IMG/VR virus record: IMGVR_UViG_2617270953_000003
Coordinates: 1-15,307 of that record
DNA length: 15,307 nt
Source of the DNA: a virus
Taxonomy: Duplodnaviria > Heunggongvirae > Uroviricota > Caudoviricetes
Reading direction: 5' to 3' (one strand)
The notes under the pieces are model-generated. The model made no database searches, was not told the origin of the DNA, and saw only the letters and a list, made by a program, of their open reading frames with translations. The position numbers were made by a program, and so were the translations under genes. Each line of letters begins with the position of its first letter. Within the stretch, counting starts at the first letter, position 1. This document shows, one piece after another, positions 7,004 through 14,727 of the stretch.

Positions 7004-7382
7004 TTAGGAATCAAGGTCAGGTAGCATGATTTTCTCAATCAACGTCAATGCCCTTTGGTCTCGTTCAGCAAAATATTTAGGAGCGTACTGAGGCAGCCAC
7101 ACTTCGTTGAAGTATTGTTTGAAATCTGCAATATTCGTTTGGGTATAGACGTACCGGGAATGTCCGGCCATCTGGGTACTCATGGTTATATGTTGGGAAT
7201 GTCTTCGGCTCACCCCCCCGGTTGTCACGGAGCCATTGCGAGAAAACCCTACCCTCTGAAATATCAGGGACCATTTTTTCTGGCAGCGTATATCCGGCCT
7301 GTTCAAGTGGCGCAACCAAGTTAAACGTCAGTTCATTAAGCATAGAAAAGTGCGTATGAGGAACTCTGCCTCGGTTTGTCAT
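7004..7382 (-). CDS. rex-slot ORF split across two frames: frame A 7077-7382 (101 aa) and frame B 7004-7327 (+1 offset); possible frameshifted gene
   Basis: Two overlapping minus-strand ORFs offset by +1 share a C7 tract (7213-7219; G7 on the coding strand) and an A6/T6 tract (7275-7280). Frame B ends 10 nt before the terminator; frame A has a poor RBS. Confidence 0.35.
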
Positions 7383-7421
7383 ATACCGCTTAAGGTGGAT
7401 AGGGAGTTCGGCAGGCGCTCT

Positions 7422-7763
7422 TTAACCTGACATCCACTCACGCACCCATCTCGATACTTGCACTGCAAATTTTGGAGATAGCCACTGAGCTAAATTAATT
7501 GCGATGTCTGGATGAACCCAAGTCCCTTGATTCTCTGCTCTTCCGCCTTTAAATGATTGAATTAACTCCGATATGGGAATCCCCATATCGCGTGATAATT
7601 CATCAAAAAAATCTTGTGTTGTTTTTAGTCGTGTATAGTCAGCAAGTAGCTTCCCCGCAGACTTGCACATCGCGGTGGCATTGATGTATCCGTCTTTGGT
7701 GCGAAGATGGATGACTTCTCCATCAACTTCTCTAGCGATTAATGCAAGTTGAAATTGTGTCAT
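7422..7763 (-). CDS. KilA-N domain protein (113 aa), directly downstream of cI
   Basis: Motifs DGYINATAMCK...GTWVHPDIAINLAQWLSPKFAVQVSRWV are typical of the KilA-N (APSES-like) DNA-binding domain; AGGA RBS; starts 31 nt after the cI stop. Confidence 0.75.
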   Translation of the reverse strand: MTQFQLALIAREVDGEVIHLRTKDGYINATAMCKSAGKLLADYTRLKTTQDFFDELSRDMGIPISELIQSFKGGRAENQGTWVHPDIAINLAQWLSPKFAVQVSRWVREWMSG

Positions 7764-7794
7764 AAATCATCCTATTACGTGAAAAATAAAACAA

Positions 7795-8511
<717 letters not shown>

Positions 8512-8518
8512 TTAAATC

Positions 8519-8584
8519 TATCACCGCAAGGGATAAACTTCTAACACCGTGCGTGTTGACTATTTTACCTCTAGCGGTGATAAT
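8519..8584. promoter_or_regulatory. OR3-OR2-OR1 operators with divergent pRM (minus) and pR (plus) promoters
   Basis: OR3 tatcaccgcaagggata (8519-8535), OR2 taacaccgtgcgtgttg (8542-8558), OR1 tacctctagcggtgata (8566-8582); pR -35 TTGACT (8556-8561) and -10 GATAAT (8579-8584) with 17-bp spacing. Confidence 0.9.
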
Positions 8585-8608
8585 GGTTGCCTGTACTAAG
8601 GAGGTTGT

Positions 8609-8809
8609 ATGGAACAACGCATAACCCTGAAAGATTATGCAATACGCTTTGGGCAAACCAAGACGGCTAAAGATCTCGGCGTATATCAAAGCGCGATTAA
8701 CAAGGCCATTCATGCAGGCCGAAAGATTTTTTTAACTATAAACGCTGATGGAAGCGTTTATGCGGAAGAAATAAAGCCCTTCCCAAGTAACAAAAAAACA
8801 ACTGCATAA
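8609..8809 (+). CDS. cro: Cro repressor, lambda type (66 aa)
   Basis: Sequence matches my recall of lambda Cro apart from about two conservative substitutions; AAGGAGG RBS. Confidence 0.95.
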   Translation: MEQRITLKDYAIRFGQTKTAKDLGVYQSAINKAIHAGRKIFLTINADGSVYAEEIKPFPSNKKTTA

Positions 8810-8816
8810 GTAACAC

Positions 8817-8862
8817 CGCTCTTTTCACAATGGACATTCGTCCTACGTCGCTGACAAAGCGA
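8817..8862 (+). promoter_or_regulatory. nutR: boxA-like CGCTCTTTT (8817-8825) and P22-type boxB tcgct-gacaa-agcga (8848-8862)
   Basis: Same GACAA-loop, 5-bp-stem hairpin as nutL; located between cro and the cII-like gene. Confidence 0.65.
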
Positions 8863-8892
8863 GCCCCAAGATATCTGACCAACTAAGGCCAT

Positions 8893-8908
8893 ATGCGTTT
8901 CCACGCAT
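8893..8908 (+). terminator. weak hairpin (atgcgt-ttcc-acgcat) in the tR1 position
   Basis: 6-bp stem and 4-nt loop with a poor T tail; lambda tR1 is Rho-dependent, so a role here is uncertain. Confidence 0.25.
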
Positions 8909-8946
8909 ACCTTTCAACTAACTATTCACTATTGGAAAATTAACAA

Positions 8947-9243
8947 ATGACACAAGCAAGTTATAGCAAGCCAACACAGCGAGAAATTGATCGCGCTGAA
9001 ACTGATTTACTCATCAACCTGTCAACGCTTACCCAGCGCGGTCTGGCAAAGATGATTGGCTGTCATGAATCGAAGATAAGCAGAACGGACTGGAGGTTTA
9101 TTGCTTCGGTCTTGTGTGCTTTCGGAATGGCATCAGACATCAGTCCGATTAGCAGGGCTTTTAAGTATGCATTGGATGGAATCACAAAGAAAAAATCCCC
9201 GGCCGCCACCGAGGATTTTAAGCAAATTGATATGCAATTCTGA
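8947..9243 (+). CDS. cII: CII-like transcriptional activator (98 aa), not the lambda allele
   Basis: Helix-turn-helix region ...GLAKMIGCHESKISRTDW... and C-terminal KKKSPAATEDFKQIDMQF parallel lambda CII, but overall sequence is divergent. Confidence 0.7.
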   Translation: MTQASYSKPTQREIDRAETDLLINLSTLTQRGLAKMIGCHESKISRTDWRFIASVLCAFGMASDISPISRAFKYALDGITKKKSPAATEDFKQIDMQF

Positions 9244-9275
9244 GGTCATTACTGGATCAATCTACAGGAGTAATT

Positions 9276-9437
9276 ATGACAAAACGTCGTAAGAAATACC
9301 AGGAAAAAGAAGAGATTCGACACCCTGATTCACCTGAGGGATTAGTGGTAGCCGCAGCAAATAACAGGGCGTTCGCAGAGCGCCTTGTTGGTGTTTACAG
9401 ACTAGCCAAAGTAGGAGTGAAACATGGGCGTCGTTAA
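9276..9437 (+). CDS. small basic ORF (53 aa) between cII and the replication gene
   Basis: Hand-translated MTKRRKKYQEKEEIRHPDSPEGLVVAAANNRAFAERLVGVYRLAKVGVKHGRR; CAGGAG RBS 5 nt upstream of the ATG; 3' end overlaps the replication-gene start by 14 nt. Confidence 0.35.
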   Translation: MTKRRKKYQEKEEIRHPDSPEGLVVAAANNRAFAERLVGVYRLAKVGVKHGRR

Positions 9438-10314
9438 GTTAGCTGATTACAGGCATAACCCTGTACAACATCAGGAGGCATCCAGTATGGGGTATGTCTC
9501 TATACACCGCCAGTTTATGGACAGCAGGCTCTATAAGGACTCTCAGGCAGTACATCTTTGGCTTCACTTAATCCTCAAGGCTAATCACGAATCTACTGTC
9601 GTCAATACGGATATCGGTCCGATAACTGTTGATCGCGGTCAGATGATAACTGGACGCCCGTCGCTGGTCAGAGAAACATTCATCCCCGACAACAAAGTTC
9701 GGAGCTTATTACGGACTTTTGAGTCGAAAGGTATGCTTAATATTTGCTCGATGGGGAAGAAATTTAGCCTGTTTACAATCGTTAAATATGACGATTTTCA
9801 GGCAAAAAATTGTCCAACGGTTGTCCAACAGTTGTCCAACGCAAACACCAGTAATGGTGCGGCTCTCAGCGGAGATTGTCCAACGGTTGTCCAACAGTTG
9901 TCCATAAACAATAATATAAATAATATCTCTAATACTGACGTATTAGAGAGTGCTACAGCAGACAAAAAGTCTGACAAGAAAAAACCTTCCGTCAGCTGTC
10001 AGGATGTTGTCGATGCTTACCACGAAATCCTTCCTGAAGCGCCAAGAATCCGCGCACTGAATGACAAGCGTAAAAACCAGATCCGAACGTTCTGGCGCAA
10101 AGCCGGAGTGATAACCCGCCAGCTTGACGGACATGGGTTCACGATGCAGGACTGGAGAAATTATTTGAGCTACGTAGGCGAAAATTGCCGATGGATGTTC
10201 GAAGAGCGTCCAAACCATCAACGCGGAACTGTCTGGCACAAAAAGGGATTTGATTTCCTGCTTAACGATAATACCTACCTGAAAGTTCGTGAGGGTGAAC
10301 ACGATGACCGATAA
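9424..10314 (+). CDS. replication initiator (O-like, non-lambda allele) with the origin inside the gene
   Basis: AGGAG RBS; O-type N-terminal region; iteron array embedded in the coding sequence (encoding repeated CPTVVQQLS); followed by a DnaB-family helicase gene. Confidence 0.8.
   Translation: MGVVKLADYRHNPVQHQEASSMGYVSIHRQFMDSRLYKDSQAVHLWLHLILKANHESTVVNTDIGPITVDRGQMITGRPSLVRETFIPDNKVRSLLRTFESKGMLNICSMGKKFSLFTIVKYDDFQAKNCPTVVQQLSNANTSNGAALSGDCPTVVQQLSINNNINNISNTDVLESATADKKSDKKKPSVSCQDVVDAYHEILPEAPRIRALNDKRKNQIRTFWRKAGVITRQLDGHGFTMQDWRNYLSYVGENCRWMFEERPNHQRGTVWHKKGFDFLLNDNTYLKVREGEHDDR
9810..9950. repeat. origin iterons: two copies of a 3 x TTGTCCAAC array (9810-9840 and 9876-9906) plus AT-rich tract (9906-9950)
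   Basis: ttgtccaacGGttgtccaacAGttgtccaac occurs twice about 66 bp apart (last unit of the second copy is ttgtccata), followed by aaacaataatataaataatatctctaatactgacgtattagag. Confidence 0.8.
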
Positions 10315-11740
10315 TTTTTATGCGCCGCCCCATAGCATCGAGGCAGAGCAGGCGGTGATTGGTGGATTGCTTCTGGATGATGACAGCAGTGAGCGCGTCC
10401 AGAAGGTTCTGGCGATGCTGAAGCCTGATTCATTTTACAGCCGGCCACACAAAATCCTTTTCGAAGAAATAACCAGAATGCACCGGGAGCAAAAGCCAGT
10501 AGATGGCCTGACGCTTTTCGATGAACTGGAGCGTAAATCGTTAACTGTGTCTGTTGGCGGTTTTGCTTATATCGCTGAGATCGCAAAGAACACGCCAAGC
10601 GCAGCAAACATCGTTGCCTATGCAATGCAGGTTCGTGAAACCGCAATGGAACGCTACGCCATCAACCGCATGACTGAAGCGACGGAATTGCTCTATTCCC
10701 GCAACGGAATGACTGCAACGCAGAAGTACGAAGCTATTCAGTCGATTTTCACGCAACTGACAGACCATGCAAAAACCGGATCGCGTCGCGGCCTTCGTTC
10801 ATTTGGTGAGGTCATGGAAGACTGGGTTAGCGACCTTGAGAAGCGATTTGACCCATCAGGCGAACAACGGGGAATGAGCACAGGGATCCCATCGCTGGAC
10901 AGGATGCTGTCACCGAAAGGTCTGGTGAAAGGCTCTCTGTTTGTCATTGGCGCTCGCCCTAAGATGGGGAAAACGACGCTATACAGCCAGATGGCAATCA
11001 ATTGCGCAGTGCATGAGAAAAAGCCCGCTTTGATGTTCAGCCTTGAAATGCCAGGTGATCAGATACTGGAAAAACTGGTAGGGCAGAAGTCTGGTGTTAA
11101 CCCGAATATTTTTTACCTTCCGGCGACAAATGACGCTGATGACGGCTATCAGGGTGATTACGATGGTGACTTCAACAGGGCGATCGAAACAGCCAATCGC
11201 TTGAGTGAAATCGACCTGCTTTACATCGACGACACGCCGGGATTATCTCTGGCTCAAATCGTCAGCGAAAGTCGTCGAATCAAGCGAGAAAAAGGATGTG
11301 TTGGCATGATTCTGGTCGATTACCTGACACTAATGACCGCTGAGAAGGCCGATCGCAACGACCTTGCTTACGGCATGATCACCAAAGGACTGAAGAACCT
11401 TGCCAAAGAGCTTGATTGTGTTGTTGTGCTTCTGACACAGCTTAACCGCGCACTGGAAAGCCGAACCAATAAACGCCCATTACCAAGTGACTCCCGAGAT
11501 ACAGGGCAGATTGAACAGGATTGCGATTATTGGGTTGGGATCCATCGTGAAGGTGCTTTTGATGACAGTGTTCCACCTGGTGAAACCGAACTAATCCTTC
11601 GTCTCAATCGTCATGGCAATACCGGCACGGTGTATTGCATTCAGGCAAATGGAGCTATTTATGACACAGACCAACAGTCTGCTGAAATGCGCCGCCGTGA
11701 ACGCGAGGAACCGCAGTCCAAGAAGAAAGGAGGATTCTGA
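10304..11740 (+). CDS. DnaB-family replicative helicase (P22 gene-12-like), 478 aa
   Basis: N-terminus ...FYAPPHSIEAEQAVIGGLLLD... is the classic DnaB start; Walker A GARPKMGKT; ATG at 10304 overlaps the end of the upstream gene. Confidence 0.9.
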   Translation: MTDNFYAPPHSIEAEQAVIGGLLLDDDSSERVQKVLAMLKPDSFYSRPHKILFEEITRMHREQKPVDGLTLFDELERKSLTVSVGGFAYIAEIAKNTPSAANIVAYAMQVRETAMERYAINRMTEATELLYSRNGMTATQKYEAIQSIFTQLTDHAKTGSRRGLRSFGEVMEDWVSDLEKRFDPSGEQRGMSTGIPSLDRMLSPKGLVKGSLFVIGARPKMGKTTLYSQMAINCAVHEKKPALMFSLEMPGDQILEKLVGQKSGVNPNIFYLPATNDADDGYQGDYDGDFNRAIETANRLSEIDLLYIDDTPGLSLAQIVSESRRIKREKGCVGMILVDYLTLMTAEKADRNDLAYGMITKGLKNLAKELDCVVVLLTQLNRALESRTNKRPLPSDSRDTGQIEQDCDYWVGIHREGAFDDSVPPGETELILRLNRHGNTGTVYCIQANGAIYDTDQQSAEMRRREREEPQSKKKGGF

Positions 11741-11768
11741 TGACCATCTACATCACTGAGCTAATAAC

Positions 11769-11800
11769 AGGCCTGCTGGTAATCGCAGGCCTTTTTATTT
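11769..11800 (+). terminator. tR2-like intrinsic terminator (8-bp stem aggcctgc/gcaggcct, 8-nt loop, TTTTTATTT tail)
   Basis: Perfect inverted repeat at 11769-11776 and 11785-11792 followed by a T-rich run, between the helicase gene and ninB. Confidence 0.65.
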
Positions 11801-11816
11801 GGGGGAGAGGGAAGTC

Positions 11817-12257
11817 ATGAAAAAACTAACCTTTGAAATTCGATCTCCGGCACATCAGCAAAACGCTATTCACGCAGTACAGCAAATCCTTCCAGACCCA
11901 ACCAAGCCAATCGTAGTGATCATTCAGGAGCGCAACCGCAGCTTAGACCAGAATCGGAAGCTTTGGGCTTGCCTTGGTGACGTCTCTCGTCAGGTTGAAT
12001 GGCATGGGCGTTGGCTGGATGCAGAAAGCTGGAAGTGTGTGTTTACCGCAGCATTAAAGCAGCAGGACGTTGTTCCTAACCTTGCCGGGAATGGCTTTGT
12101 GGTAATAGGCCAGTCAACCAGCAGGATGCGTGTAAGCGAATTTGCGGAGTTATTAGAGCTTATACAGGCATTCGGTACAGAGCGTGGCGTTAAGTGGTCA
12201 GACGAAGCGCGACTGGCTCTGGAGTGGAAAGCGAGATGGGGAGACAGTGCTGCATGA
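11817..12257 (+). CDS. ninB: NinB (Orf family recombination mediator)
   Basis: Protein MKKLTFEIRSPAHQQNAIHAVQQILPDPTKPIVV... matches my recall of lambda NinB; real start is the internal ATG at 11817. Confidence 0.9.
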   Translation: MKKLTFEIRSPAHQQNAIHAVQQILPDPTKPIVVIIQERNRSLDQNRKLWACLGDVSRQVEWHGRWLDAESWKCVFTAALKQQDVVPNLAGNGFVVIGQSTSRMRVSEFAELLELIQAFGTERGVKWSDEARLALEWKARWGDSAA

Positions 12258-12781
12258 CTATCAAATCAAATACGCCAGCACACGACAAGGACTGCTGGCA
12301 AACGCCGCTCTGGCTTTTTGATGCACTGGATATTGAGTTTGGATTCTGGCTGGATTCGGCAGCGAGCGACAAAAATGCTCTGTGCGCTCACTGGCTAACT
12401 GAGGCTGACAACGCGCTCAATTCTGAGTGGATAAGCCACGGTGCAATCTGGAATAACCCACCGTACAGCAATATCAGGCCGTGGGTGGAAAAAGCCGCTG
12501 AGCAGTGCATACAACAGCGACAGACGGTAGTGATGCTTGTGCCAGAGGATATGTCAGTCGGATGGTTCAGCAAGGCTCTGGAGAGTGTTGACGAAGTTCG
12601 TATTATCACTGATGGACGGATTAATTTTATCGAACCATCGACAGGGCTGGAGAAAAAGGGAAACAGCAAAGGCTCCATGCTGCTGATTTGGCGACCGTTC
12701 ATCAGTCCTCGACGGATGTTTACTACCGTATCCAAAGCGGCATTGATGGCGATCGGGCAGGGCGTCAGGAGGGCAGCATGA
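12254..12781 (+). CDS. dam: phage DNA N6-adenine methyltransferase (Dam family), in the ninC/ninD slot
   Basis: Catalytic NPPY motif (IWNNPPYSN); ATGA overlap with the ninB stop; size about 175 aa. Confidence 0.8.
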   Translation: MTIKSNTPAHDKDCWQTPLWLFDALDIEFGFWLDSAASDKNALCAHWLTEADNALNSEWISHGAIWNNPPYSNIRPWVEKAAEQCIQQRQTVVMLVPEDMSVGWFSKALESVDEVRIITDGRINFIEPSTGLEKKGNSKGSMLLIWRPFISPRRMFTTVSKAALMAIGQGVRRAA

Positions 12782-12960
12782 GACGACAGCGACGAAGTAT
12801 CACCGACATCATCTGCGAAAACTGCAAATACCTTCCAACGAAGCGCTCCAGAAATAAATGCAAGCCAATCCCAAAAGAATCTGACGTAAAAACCTTCAAC
12901 TACACGGCTCACCTGTGGGATATCCGGTGGCTTAGAGAACGTGCGAGGAAAACAAGGTGA
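12778..12960 (+). CDS. ninE: NinE (60 aa)
   Basis: [27 protein letters not shown]... matches my recall of lambda NinE; ATGA overlap with the dam stop. Confidence 0.85.
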   Translation: MRRQRRSITDIICENCKYLPTKRSRNKCKPIPKESDVKTFNYTAHLWDIRWLRERARKTR

Positions 12961-13127
12961 TTGACCAAAATCGAAGTTACGAACAAGGAAGTGTCGAGCG
13001 AGCTTTAACGTGCGCTAACTGCGGTAAGAAGCTGCATGTGCTGGAAGTTCACGTGTGTGAGCACTGCTGCGCAGAACTGATGAGCGATCCGAATAGCTCA
13101 ATGTACGAGGAAGAAGACGATGAATGA
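12957..13127 (+). CDS. ninF: NinF (56 aa, GTG start, four-Cys motif)
   Basis: Hand-translated (V/M)[55 protein letters not shown]; GTGA overlap with the ninE stop; resembles lambda NinF. Confidence 0.8.
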   Translation: MIDQNRSYEQGSVERALTCANCGKKLHVLEVHVCEHCCAELMSDPNSSMYEEEDDE

Positions 13128-13842
13128 GTTAATAAATGGCAATGCCATCAAAATGACAAGCATTGAAATCGCTGAGTTGGTTGGTAAGCGTCATGACAAT
13201 GTGAAACGTACCATCGAAACGCTGGCTAAAAATGGTGTTATCCGGCTTCCTCAAATTGAGGATTGTGGAAGAATCAATGGGTTAGGCTTAAATCAAAGTT
13301 TTTGTGTGTATGTATTCGAAGGCGAACAAGGAAAGCGAGACAGTATTGTCGTTGTAGCCCAGTTGTCGCCGGAATTCACCGCTCGTCTTGTTGACCGTTG
13401 GCGAGAGCTTGAAGAAACTGCGGTTAATATCCCCAAAACGCTACCAGAAGCGTTGCGCCTTGCTGCTGATCTTGCTGAGCAGAAAATGCAACTGGAAAAC
13501 CAGCTCGCAATTGCCGCACCTAAAGTTGAGTTTGCCGATCGCGTTGGCGAGGCCAGCGGAATTTTGATTGGAAACTTTGCAAAGGTTGTTGGAATTGGTC
13601 CAAACAAACTGTTTGCGTGGATGCGCGATCACAAAATCCTTATTGCTTCAGGTTCCCGGCGCAATGTGCCAATGCAGGAATATATGGATCGCGGCTATTT
13701 CACAGTGAAAGAAACAGCGGTCAACACAAATCACGGAATACAGATATCGTTCACCACAAAAATCACCGGCCGTGGTCAACAGTGGCTGACCAGAAAGCTG
13801 CTCGATAACGGAATGCTGAAAGTAACAGGGGAGGCTGCTTAA
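13120..13842 (+). CDS. phage antirepressor-like protein (Rha-type N-terminal region plus KilAC/ANT-type C-terminal region), Roi-like, 240 aa
   Basis: N-terminus ...MTSIEIAELVGKRHDNVKRTIETLAKNGVI... is Rha-family-like; C-terminal half resembles antirepressor KilAC; GAGGAAG RBS; overlaps the ninF end. Confidence 0.65.
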   Translation: MNELINGNAIKMTSIEIAELVGKRHDNVKRTIETLAKNGVIRLPQIEDCGRINGLGLNQSFCVYVFEGEQGKRDSIVVVAQLSPEFTARLVDRWRELEETAVNIPKTLPEALRLAADLAEQKMQLENQLAIAAPKVEFADRVGEASGILIGNFAKVVGIGPNKLFAWMRDHKILIASGSRRNVPMQEYMDRGYFTVKETAVNTNHGIQISFTTKITGRGQQWLTRKLLDNGMLKVTGEAA

Positions 13843-14132
13843 TGGCTAACCTACGCAAAGAAGCGCGCGGCAGAGAATGCCAGGTACGTATTTACGGCGT
13901 ATGCAATGGTAATCCTGAAACTACAGTTCTGGCACATTACCGGATGGCTGGAATTTGCGGAACGGGAATGAAGCCTGACGACCTGATCGGCGCATGGGCT
14001 TGTAGCGCGTGTCACGATGAAATCGATCGACGTACCCATAACCTCGACAACAAAGACGCCAGACTTTACCACCTCGAAGGCGTAATCAGGACGCAGGCGA
14101 TACTGCTGAAGGAGGGGAAGATTAAGTCATGA
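13842..14132 (+). CDS. ybcO: YbcO-like DUF1364 protein (putative nuclease, 96 aa)
   Basis: MANLRKEARGRECQVRIYGVCNGNPETTVLAH...CSACHDEIDRR resembles DLP12 YbcO; TAATG overlap upstream and ATGA overlap downstream. Confidence 0.7.
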   Translation: MANLRKEARGRECQVRIYGVCNGNPETTVLAHYRMAGICGTGMKPDDLIGAWACSACHDEIDRRTHNLDNKDARLYHLEGVIRTQAILLKEGKIKS

Positions 14133-14524
14133 AAACCTACCGAATAAAATTGCCGTGGCCTCCTTCAAACAACCGATATTGGCGACACTCAAGAGGGATC
14201 CACTACATCAGCGACTGGGGGAAGAGATACCGAAAAGAAGTAATCGAATTAATCCAGCAACAACAGCTAGACATCAAAATCACACCTCGCATCAGAATAA
14301 CCATCCACGCAGCACCTCCCGATAACCGCAAACGAGATTTGGACAATCTGCCCAAAGCCGTTTTTGACGCACTCACCAGTGCGGGCTTCTGGCTGGATGA
14401 CGGTCAGATAGACGATATGCGCATCAAGCGCTATCAGGCGATTAAAGGTGGAATGCTTGTGTTGGTTGTGACTGAAACATGCGGGAGTTTGCCAATGATT
14501 ACAGAGCTACTGGAGGCCGCATGA
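14129..14524 (+). CDS. rusA: RusA Holliday-junction resolvase (131 aa)
   Basis: M.TY.I.LPWPPSNNRYWRH...RDLDNL.KAVFDALTSAGFWLDD matches the RusA signature. Confidence 0.85.
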   Translation: MKTYRIKLPWPPSNNRYWRHSRGIHYISDWGKRYRKEVIELIQQQQLDIKITPRIRITIHAAPPDNRKRDLDNLPKAVFDALTSAGFWLDDGQIDDMRIKRYQAIKGGMLVLVVTETCGSLPMITELLEAA

Positions 14525-14727
14525 CGTTCTCAGTAAAAACCATTCCAGACATGCTCGTTGAAGCATACGGAAACCAGACAGAAGTAGCACGCAGACTGAA
14601 ATGTAGTCGCGGCACGGTAAGAAAATACGTTGATGATAAAGACGGGAAAATGCACGCCATCGTCAACGACGTTCTCATGGTTCATCGCGGATGGAGTGAA
14701 AGAGATGCGCTATTACGAAAGAATTGA
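14521..14727 (+). CDS. ninH: NinH (68 aa)
   Basis: [68 protein letters not shown] matches my recall of lambda NinH; ATGA overlap with the rusA stop. Confidence 0.85.
   Translation: MTFSVKTIPDMLVEAYGNQTEVARRLKCSRGTVRKYVDDKDGKMHAIVNDVLMVHRGWSERDALLRKN

Noticed and set aside
7055-7324. 89-aa plus-strand ORF inside the rex-slot ORF region
   Set aside because: Antisense to the cI operon with no promoter or RBS evidence; probably a shadow of the minus-strand coding sequence.
9810-9906. Direct repeats considered as a possible CRISPR array
   Set aside because: Repeats are only 9 bp with 2-bp spacers, occur inside a coding sequence and are followed by an AT-rich tract; this is an iteron-type origin, not CRISPR.
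9709-10302. Minus-strand ORFs 9709-9894 and 9943-10302, and plus-strand 9719-9907, inside the replication initiator gene
   Set aside because: They overlap the iteron region and the initiator coding frame; the repeated amino-acid strings are produced by the iterons.
10275-11001. Minus-strand ORFs (10275-10646, 10541-10768, 10738-11001) antisense to the helicase gene
   Set aside because: Shadow ORFs within a well-supported DnaB-family helicase gene.
12388-12912. 174-aa minus-strand ORF antisense to dam and ninE (also 12190-12372, 13293-13607, 13441-13632, 13851-14072, 14776-14976)
   Set aside because: Antisense to a translationally coupled operon of recognisable nin genes.
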